Below, piece by piece: positions 51,879-61,670 of a stretch of 64,000 nucleotides of DNA. The notes beneath the pieces were generated by a model. The model had not been told where the DNA came from. It worked only from the letters and a program-made list of their open reading frames with translations, and did no database searches. Numbering within the stretch: position 1 is the stretch's first letter; every line of letters starts with the position of its first letter. Source of the stretch: Camelus dromedarius (Eukaryota); the NCBI RefSeq assembly GCF_036321535.1, contig NC_087437.1, forward strand, positions 117,926,001-117,990,000, written 5' to 3'. The position numbers were made by a program, and so were the translations under genes.

Positions 51879-52948
51879 TTTCTACTATCATCCCTTCTCT
51901 TTGAAAGAAATATCAATCTTCATAAAAGATTAAGGGGCTGCTTTAATGGCCTATAAAAGGTAACAGACATAGGGTACCGAGGGAATTTCCATATCAAATA
52001 CATGGGACAACTGAGTGTCTGTTGGTTCCACATCCATGTGTTGTATTCTTAAGAATCACGTGCAAGTGTATGGTGCATGGCTTGTCTCATATTAAGTCTG
52101 TACCAGGTATATATAGTTGTCAGAATAAATTAAGTTGAAATCACTCTCAACTGCATCAAACATCAATGTAGTTAAACCACAATAATGATAGTAATTTAGC
52201 CACAACTGTTTGCAGGAGAACACGTGCTGGACTGCACTGGAGTGCACAAATAAATCAGATCACGATGGTTAGAATCTGACGATAGCTACAAGATGTGTGC
52301 ATACCAGACACTATGTGGACAGTCAATACAAATGCAATACTTAAGAAGGAATTTTTAGTCACTGTGGATACCAGCTATGACTGCCAGGACCCTCAATAGT
52401 CACGGTTACTGCTTAAAGATACCAATTTCACTACCTCCTAAAGCTCAGGTACCGATAGGCACCTCAACCAGATGAACTTCAACATGAAATTTACTTTTTG
52501 GCCTACCTACACAGAATCAAGATAATTAAAATATGAAGAAAAATGCATAAGCAATGTAGATACAGAGCACTAAATATATATACCAAGAAAGAGTTATCCC
52601 AGAAAATACCCTACAAATCATCAATCTAACTTGTGAAACAGAAATTCAATATTCAAAACAGATTTCTGAACAGCTGTTACCTTACACAAGCTGGTTTCGG
52701 ACATGAAAAAGTTTAAGATATTTTAGTGGAGTTTCGAAATTAAATAGTGATATTACATGCAATTCTTGCTTTATCATGTAAACATTTTTATATTAAAATG
52801 AGTTTCAATGTTATTCTAACAACCTATTAATATTACACAAAGTATGAAATATATTATCTGGCTATTGGTATAGAGCAAAATGTTTATATTTTATTTCCAT
52901 AAAGCATGCAGTGTGGCATTCACATTCAGGTAAAGAGTGAGATGGTAC

Positions 52949-53547
52949 TGTCAGCGCAGGCAGGTAGCTAGATATGAAAAGAGAACGGGGGATGCCAAAT
53001 GGCAGGAAACCATACATCATATAAACAATGGCTGTTGGGAAGAAAAAGAGAACCAGGAACTTCCGAACTGACAAGAAATCACAAATTTTGGGGTGACGAC
53101 TGTCCTGAAGGCAGGCAAAGAAAGGTGAGAAAAGGCAGGACTCTCCAGTGTCCAAATGTAACCTTCTGCTCATTATGCCCTCATTTCAATAAAATTAGCT
53201 TTGCAGATTAGAAGTACCCATCATGCACTGATGCCATGACACTTCCATCTGGACTAAATAAGGACAAAAATCCCTCCTTCCTTCAGGAAGGTGGAGCTGG
53301 GATGAAAATCAGGGAATATGATCCCAAACCTCTCCTTCCCCAATGAATATTCTGCCCATTCATTTTTACACTCTGTGTAACCAACTTGCCAAAGAAACTC
53401 AGCTCAGCTGCTCACCTGAGCCTGCCCACTCTCCCTTTGAGAGTGTACTGTCCATCCCTTAATAAATCTGCACTTTACTTTCTTAACCTCCACATCCCAT
53501 CTCTGAATTCTTTCTACGATGAGACAAGAAACTAGCTGCTGACAACA
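52949..53547 (+). mobile_element. Solo LTR, ERV1-like
   Basis: TG...CA ends (TGTCAGC...GCTGACAACA); AATAAA at 53461 in CTTAATAAATCTGCACTTTAC; U5-like TCTCTGAATTCTTTCTACGATGAGACAAGAA; possible 4-bp TSD GTAC/CTAC. Confidence 0.7.
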
Positions 53548-55054
53548 CTACCAGGTTATATGGGGTATCAATGTGTGTAAGGGATCTCCCAGCAGAAAAG
53601 GAGGAACTGGATATTCGGGATTTTTTTTTTTTTTTTTGGAATACATGATGAAAACAATTCTCTGTCCAGGCTAATACTTAGTAATACAGCTGCAAAGGAT
53701 GTCTGATCTAGGATTTGTGCCAAATGCTACATTCTGTACAGGAAAACAGAATAAATCTGCAAAATTCTGGCTGAGGCTGAAATTAGTAGTTTATGTCTCA
53801 GTTATTCAATCAGATATAATTAGATAACTCTCACTGAATTCAGAACGACATTTAAAATGAGTTCTGGTATTTCCAGTCTTTCCTACCAGGAGCTGAAAGA
53901 TGGCTGCCTCTGGTTCTGAAGTTTATGGGCTGGGCGTGTGTGAGCGTGTTTCGGTGGAGATGTACACACACAAGTTCTATCACACAAGCATGTATGTTAC
54001 TGCATAAAGTACATCTTAATTAATGCATAAGCCTCCCAGCTGTTTTCTGAGCTTGTGGGACTGATCTGTGATAAATACGCTCTTTCAAAACATACTCTTT
54101 CTTGAGGAGATGAGGAGGATGGGGAGACTTACTGAAAAAGCAATGCACAGTTCTGTCATCCTATCTTAGTGTGACATAAAATTCCATGGCATGTGACACT
54201 AGGAAAGGTCACACTGACAAGCTGACGGCTGCAATTCTGGCGAATTCTGTAGCATAACTGGCAAATGACTTTATGTCCTTACTGCACAAAATGCCTGCAA
54301 CAACAAAATGTATGCTTTCCACTGCATTTTCCCCAGAAAGCTGCATTTGCCTCAACCTTCCTTCAGCCATCCTTGGGGACCATTGCCCATCTCCTGATCC
54401 ACTTTGTTAGGATGAAAATTTACCATGTGAGTATTGGTTAGTACAATGTCAATAGATATTTACTATAGTCAATGATGATGGAGAAATAAAAGTAGGACAT
54501 CAAAAATGCTACGACCCCTTAAGAAAGGATAACATCCAATTAAGAAATATTTATACAACAACTTAAAATGCTTGAAGCACTGAAAATGTATAACGAGCCA
54601 ACAGCCTTGTCAAGTTCTCCTAACTGAAAAGATCAGGAGATGAACTGATTACTTACTAATAAGACTGAAGTAAGAGCCCTGAATCGGCAAAGACATTCCT
54701 TGTGTCTAAGAACAGAAGAGGAGGGGTGCGTCCTTGGATGAGACTATTCACATCACATGAAAGCCATTCCTCTCTCCAACAGGGCCCCAACGTGGCAACA
54801 AGGTCCATAAGTGGCCCCGAATCCCTGCCCGGCTGGGATAAAGATAATCACATATTAATGAGCAGAATCATATACTGAAATGGAAAGATATATACGAGCC
54901 AATTAGACAGTCTGTCACCATGGCAAAGCCTGCTCATGATAAATAAAGGCAATTTTCTATTTTCTCTAATCTATTTCAAATGTCAAATCTCTCACCGTGT
55001 TCTGAGGGCTGTTTCTCTTCGTAAGTTTGGGTTCTTTTCCCAGTTTTGAGAGGT

Positions 55055-55240
55055 GGTGTACTGAAGTGATGAAGGATGCCAGGAACTCAGCCCTGCTATG
55101 TTTAGCCATGGGGCATTGGCCATGGCACGTGATCTACCTGACTTTCCTTTGTTCATCTATAAAATGAGGATACCAATGCCTACTTTGAAGGCCTGTCAAA
55201 GGATAGAATGCAACTGCATATGTGAAAGTCTTCTGTCAGC
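55055..55240 (+). mobile_element. MIR SINE
   Basis: TTCATCTATAAAATGAGGATACCAATGCCTACTT...GCATATGTGAAAG. Confidence 0.65.
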
Positions 55241-56149
55241 ACTACTCTGAAGGAAGCACCTGACTTTCAATTATCCAAATTTCTCACCTTTGAAAAGGTA
55301 GGAGTAAAACAGAAAAAGCAATAAACAACTTTAAAGACTCTACATAGAACAGAAAGAAGCTCTGTGAGAAATAAGAGGAAGGATGGCTGTGCATACACTT
55401 TGCAAATGGAGGAATGTTTTCAGATGGAAGAAATCCATCAAGTCATATACAATTTGCCTTAAAAAAAAAAAAAAACTAAAAGATTTCCATAAACTCAAAT
55501 CACCAGAGCAAAACAAATGGGAACGCAGGAAGTGACCATGAAGAGATATATGTAGTGACTCAGGCACAGCCAGCAAAGCCTCCTTCTCATAGCAGGGGAT
55601 TGTCCTGAAAGGAGTAACTACTCATGGTAATCACAAACTTCAGTAATATGATGACAGGCTACTGGTGAGAGTTTTTCCAGAGTTTGTTTGACACCATAAA
55701 ACACCAAGAGAGGTGGGACTGGATAATTACTATCTTTATCTCTACAGAAAATGGGTGGAGAAGAGATACTCAGAATTAGGAGCTGCCTAGGACCTGCTGA
55801 CTTCTGTTGGCTGGAGAGAAGTGAAAAATAATTCACACATTAACATAACCATATGTCAGAAGTTGCTTCATTATAAATTGTGAATAATTCTTGTTAATCT
55901 GTTATGGTTCCATCCTAAGCAAATCAGGTACTTTCCTAAGTACTTGATCCTGGATGGCCTTTTATCAAAAGGTGTGAAATAAATCAAAAAGTTCCCAGCA
56001 CAGGGTTTATATAAATACAATACAAGACAAGGCTAGGAAAAGCACTGAAAAAACAAATGGAACATAAACACTCAACCAGAAAAGGTAGTTACTTAGCGGA
56101 TGCACTGTTTATATTTAAACATATAGCCATGAATGAAAAATAAAATAAT

Positions 56150-56326
56150 AAGGTGGAAGGGCATAGCTCATGTGGTAGAGCACATGCTCAGCACCCAAGA
56201 GGTCAGGGGTTCAGTCCCCAGGACTTCCTCCAAGCAGAAATCAATGAAGAAACCTAATTACCACCCCCTCATAAGACAAACAATGCAAGCCAAAAATGTG
56301 TGCTTTCATTTTAAAAAAAATAGAAA
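56150..56326 (+). mobile_element. tRNA-derived SINE, camelid Vic-1 type, with 15-bp TSD
   Basis: A-box-like TAGCTCATGTGG (56164-56175), B box GGTTCAGTCCC (56208-56218), AAACCTAATTACCACCCCC tail motif. Perfect direct repeat GAAAAATAAAATAAT at 56135-56149 and 56327-56341. Confidence 0.88.
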
Positions 56327-57617
56327 GAAAAATAAAATAATGAACAATCTGATAGTTGAAAACAGAGGTATAGGGCTAATCGCAGACAAGAAGGAAGTGG
56401 AACATAAACCATTTAAGAGCATGGGAGAGAAAAAAAGGGATTTTCTTTTATTCACAAACTGACTGCTATGTTGTGATCAGCCCAAAGAAAGTCAGCACAG
56501 TCCATATATGTAGGACTGGTTTATAAAAATAGCCTAGGGAGACGCTGGGTAGATAGATAGTTCAAAAGGGCTTGAGAGAGTTACGTAAGGAAGAAGAGAA
56601 GGACTTTCAAAATCTGCATAACTGCTGTTCCTGGGTAAGACAGGCATACATATTAACCGAAAAGTACTAAAAATGTTATTTAGGAAATAATGCAGAAATA
56701 TTAAGGTAAGAAGACTTGAACACATAAATTAAAAAGGTCACAATGTCCTAAGAATAGCTGATATAGAAAAGTCAACAAAAATTTTATCTCTATTAGGATT
56801 TATTTTATAGGACTTTTTAAAATAAGTAAGCATTTTATAATTGGGTTAAAAAGAAAAAAGTCAAGTCACTTAAGAGAAGAAGGTAAATCATAATTATACA
56901 CATATTTATCACAATAACATCCCATTTTTGAAGACAGGGAGACAATGTAAAATATTCACGGAAATAAAATGTTATAGGCAGGCAAAGTAGCATTCAATTA
57001 TAAAGACTTCAGAGCACATTTCCACATAGAAATACAGTTACAAATTATAGCTACTGTGAAATCGTCCTGACAATTGGAAAAAGAATTAGCTAATGGAAAA
57101 ATTGAATGATGACTATTAATATTAAACTCTAGTTAATGATGTGTATGCTGAAGTGCAAATTACTTTGAAATTCATATCTGCAGATTATTTTGGAATGCAT
57201 CAAGAAGTAAGGAGGATTGATGATTACAGGGATCAATAAATGGATTGCTAGTTGATAAAGCAAATACAGTAAATGTCAAGTGTAGAATTGAGGTAATGGT
57301 TAATGGTGTTCACTATACAATTATTTTAATTTTTCTATATGTCTGAAAGTGTTCAAAATAAAAATACGGAAAAATCATAGCAAAAAGATTGGCTCTCCCT
57401 GCATCAATTCTGTTTTACTATAGGATTAGGAGAAAAATAACTATGGAAATTTTAGAACAGAAATCAATTGTTTTAAATAATGGCAATTTAGAATTACTAT
57501 AACAAAAATTTATAGGGGAAGGGAGATAGCAGGTAATGTTTATAACCAGGGATAAAATATAGATCCTATAATAGTCATAAATCAATTGATTAAGATATAA
57601 ATGTATGTTATATATTT

Positions 57618-57715
57618 GGGGGGGGGTTAGGTTTATTTATTTTTAATGGAGGTACTAGGATTGAACCCAGGACCTCAGACATGCCAAGCACGCACTCTAC
57701 CACTGAGCTATATCC
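57618..57715 (-). mobile_element. tRNA-derived SINE, camelid Vic-1 type
   Basis: Reverse complement reads GGATATAGCTCAGTGGTAGAGTGCGTGCTTGGCATGTCTGAGGTCCTGGGTTCAATCCTAGTACCTCCATTAAAAATAAATAAACCTAACCCCCCCCC (A box, B box, Vic-1-like tail). Confidence 0.9.
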
Positions 57716-58096
57716 AAAAAGATACATGCACTTCAATGTTCACACCAGCACTATTTACAATAGGCAAGACATAGAAACAATCTAAATGCCCATCAACAGA
57801 TGATTGGATAAAGAAGTTGTGGTATATTTATACAATGGAGTAGTACTCAGCCATAAAAAAGAATAAAATAATGCCATTTGCAGCAACATCAATAAGAGCT
57901 GTAGATCATCATTCTAAGTGAAGTAAGCCAGAAAGAGAAAGAAAAATACCATATATCACTTATATGTGGGATCTAAAAAAAAAATAAAAAAGACACAAAT
58001 GAACTTATTTACAAAACAGAAACAGACTCACAGACATAGAAAATAAACTTACAGTTACCAAAAGGGAAAGGAGGTGGGAAGGGATAAATTGGGAGT
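57716..58096 (+). mobile_element. L1 fragment (end of ORF2 and proximal 3' UTR), lacking the distal 3' UTR and poly(A)
   Basis: GATACATGCACTTCAATGTTCAC...AATGCCATTTGCAGCAACAT...AAACAGACTCACAGACATAGAAAATAAACTTACAGTTACC...GGGATAAATTGGGAGT, then an abrupt end. Confidence 0.92.
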
Positions 58097-58776
58097 AACT
58101 AAAAGAACTTTTTTTAACAAGAAAGAAAGAAAATACATAAATGTAAATACCAGGAGAACCGATATATATACAATCAAGTAAAATTGAAGGGTGGCATATT
58201 CAGGATACTTCATAATTTCATCACAGGTCATTGTGAAGGCTTGACAGTCTTTTCAGAAAAAGAGTATCAAGTATCTTACAGAAATTTGTAATTACAGGTT
58301 AGCTATTATAAGAACTAAAAACAGCCCATCAACATTTCATAACATAAAAAGAAATAAACACATGCCAGAAATAAAGGAAGGGGGAGCGATGAACAAAAGA
58401 ATATAAGGGACAGCATAACATAAAATACGATATATGGCAAAAAAATTTGCTCACCTCACTCTCATATTGGATTGCAAATTTAATGACATACTATTTTAGT
58501 GAGTTTTAAGGCAATTTAAAGTACTAAGTATTAAGGATGTGGAAGGGCACATAAGGCAATGCAAACACAGAGATGGCACTGCTCACACTCTTAAGTAGTA
58601 GACAAGGTTAAAACTAGGATGGACACCGTTTGTGTGACAAAGAGTGACCCTTTATGATGGCAAAGGGTGTAATCTGCAACAAAGATATAAGAGGTATAAA
58701 TATCTACACATAATGCAAATATCACATCAAAATTCATAAAGCAAAAAAATGTACAGGAATAAAAGACAAACAGCTT

Positions 58777-60361
58777 GGGCCAAGATGGCGGAGTAGAAGG
58801 ACGCTCGTAGCTCACCCTCTCCCACAAATGCACCAAGACTCACATCCACAGACCCACTCAGCCAACCAGAGCACCTGCAAAACTCCGACAGAACATTGAC
58901 GCCAAAAATCTGGTAGGAGAAAAGGAAAAAAGAAAGAAGAAAAGGCAAAACAGAGCAGGACGGGTCCCGCGGGGAGAGAGCAGCAAAGGAGGACTGGCGC
59001 TCGCTCGCTAGGTCTCCCCTCTCCAACCGAGAGGCCAGCGGGTCGGAGGGGGAACCTCCGAGGCTCAGATCTGTACAGAGCAGCCCTTGACTGACAGAAC
59101 TAAGTTAAATAGGCACAGAGGGTCCCCGTGACACCCAGTCCAAGACGCTGGCCAGCAGCTGGGGGCAGGGTCGGGCTACCCGAGCTGGGCGGAGGATGGC
59201 GACGGCTGCACTGAGGCAGCCCTGGGGACTGCAGGGCGCTATGAGCCGTGGTTGTGGGTGCACAGGCCAGAACAACCTGGGCCCTCCATGAAACAGCACG
59301 GCTGATGTGCCCTAGGGGTAAGGGCGCATACCCCATCTCTGAAAACCCGTGCAAAGTTTTCAGGTAAAGAGAGGCGGGGCTCAGGCATAGCCGCCATATC
59401 CTCCTGCGCTGAGCACCCAGGCGGAGGCGGGGGCAAAACTCCCATCCGCACCTAAGGGCTCAGCAGCCTCAAGGGCCAGACGGAGACTCGTCTACAGCCC
59501 GAGGCAAACAGGATCCTTCTGTCCTGGTCCCTCAAAGAACTTGCTCCGCCAAGACAAACAAGGAGCTGGGTTTTGGCCCGGAGCAGGGACAGGGCTGTTC
59601 CTTGGTGCTCCCAGAGCCCACCTGTGGAGCACAGACCGGAGGCAAAGCCCGGAGCGCGCGGCAGCACAGAGCAGCGGAGCGACGGCGCCGGGAGAGGGCA
59701 GGCGGCCCCCCGCCTTTCCGGCAGGAACGGAGCACCTGACCGTGGTGCTGGGAGGGGGCGCGACCCGCCCTCCTACCTGGCCAGTCTGCAACATCTGACT
59801 AAGGCATCGGGAGGGGCAGTGACCTGCCCGTCCGCAGCAAAGGAGAGCTGCACCTGACCACGTGTTGGGAGGAGGCGCGATCGCCTTGACTACCAGCACT
59901 GGGAGCAGCACAGAAGAGGGCGCCAACGGAGGGCCTCTGGAAACAGCAAGCTGAGCTTCCAAAACAGGACGAAGACAGAAAGACTTCACATTAAAAGCAC
60001 ACAGTCTCCAGGAGAACACCGACCCCCCCCCCTTTTACTTTTAAATCTGTTTTACCTGTTCTATTTTGTATTACCCTTTTAATTTTTACTTCTCAATTAT
60101 ATATACACCCAGTTTTAATCCCTTTAAAATTTTTTTAAAAATATTTTTATTATTATTTTTAAAAATTCTGCTTCAACTTGCTCTTCTATTATTCATTATA
60201 CACCGTTTTCAAACCTTTTTTTCTCCCTTCTTTTAAAATTCTCTCTCTCTCTCTTTTTTTTTCCTTTCTAAGTTTTATTCCTACATACTCATTAGATAGA
60301 TAAACTCCTTAAGGACCACAATAGACAACTGATACTCCATAAACCACAGTGCCAGAGAGGT
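58777..60361 (+). promoter_or_regulatory. L1 5' UTR / internal Pol II promoter, CpG-rich, with YY1 site
   Basis: CAAGATGGCGG (YY1 motif) at 58781-58791; dense CpG over ~58780-59940; T-rich segment ~60030-60290 just before the ORF1 ATG. Confidence 0.85.
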
Positions 60362-61264
60362 ATGAGCAAGATGAAGAAGGAGAGAAACCATTACCAATTA
60401 AAAGAACAAGAGAAATCCCCTGAAAGAAAGATCAATGAAATAGACATTGATGGCCTACTAGATCAAGATTTCAAAAAAGGAGTGATCAAAGTACTGAAGA
60501 AACTAAAAGAGATAGTGTTTAGAGATATAAAATATGTCAAAAATGAAATTGAAGCTATAAAGAAGAACCAAGTAGAACTGGTAAACTCATTGGCTGAGAT
60601 GAGGAATGATCTAAAGGCTGTGCAAAGCTGGCTAGATAATGCAGAGGAACGAATTAGTGACCTAGAAGACAGGACAACAGAAAGCACCCAATCAGAAGAG
60701 CTAAAGATAAACAAATAAAAACAAATGAAAACAGCATAAGGGACCTATGGGATAATATAAAGCGTGCCAATCTTCACATAATAGGGGTCCCAGAAGGGGA
60801 AGAAAGATCAAAGGGGATTGAAAAGGTTTTTGAAGAAATCATGACTGAAAACGTCCCAAACTTAAAGAAGGAATCAGATATCCAAGTACAGGAAGCTCAG
60901 AGGGTCCCAAACAGGAAGAACCCAAACAGACCCACACCAAGACATACCATAATCAAGATGGCCAGAGTCAAGGATAAAGAAAGGATCCTAAAAGCAGCAA
61001 GAGAAAAGCAAAGAGTGAGTTACAAGGGAACCCCCCATAAGGCTCTCAGCTGATTTCTCTATACAAACACTACAGGCCAGAAGGGAGTGGCAACATATAT
61101 TCAAAGTCCTGAATGAAAGAATGATGCAGCCTAGGATACTTTATACAGCAAGGCTATCATTTAGGATAGAAGGAGAGATAAAGAATTTCACAGACAAGAA
61201 AAACCTACAAGAGTTTAGCAACACTAAACCCATGCTAAAAGAAATATTGAAAGGTCTACTCTAA
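60362..61264 (+). pseudogene. L1 ORF1p (RNA-binding/chaperone), disrupted by two frameshifts
   Basis: MSKMKKERNHYQLKEQEKSPE, coiled coil LDNAEERISDLED, frameshift ~60703, then IRDLWDNIKRANLHIIGVPEGEE and RPTPRHTIIKM...ILKAAREK. Frameshift in the C-run 61031-61036, then IRLSADFS...ARREW...KEILKGLL with TAA at 61262-61264. Confidence 0.95.
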
Positions 61265-61670
61265 ATAGAAAAGCAGCAGGATGCTACAGAAATGAGAAAC
61301 TCACAACTGGAAAGGTGATAACTCATGAATTACAAATCAAGTAAACACGAAATTATAAAAGAAGACATACAAATCACTGAGAGTGGGAGAGGGAGGCAGG
61401 GAAATATAGAATATTTTTTTCTCTCTTTTTTTAAATTTTTTTTAACAGTAGGAGGGGTTTGAGATCATGTTACTATCAGTTTAATAAAAACAGTTATAGT
61501 AATGGGCTAATAGACTTACAAAAAAGGGTAACCACAAGCCAAATATTTACAAGGGAGTCACAAAAAATAAATAAAATCCATGACAACACAAAGAAAAATT
61601 ACCAAACCATAAAAGGAAGAAGAAAGCAACAAAGAGGAAATAACAAATCAACTGCAAAGATAAGTTCAAA

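Noticed and set aside
56150..56230. tRNA gene (also at 57640-57715)
   Set aside because: A and B boxes are present, but they are followed by the SINE-specific tail, and this copy has a TSD. These are tRNA-derived SINEs, not functional tRNAs.
59100..60019. Antisense ORFs in the L1 5' UTR (ORF0-like?)
   Set aside because: Expected from high GC content. ORF0 is described for primate L1 and I see no similarity.
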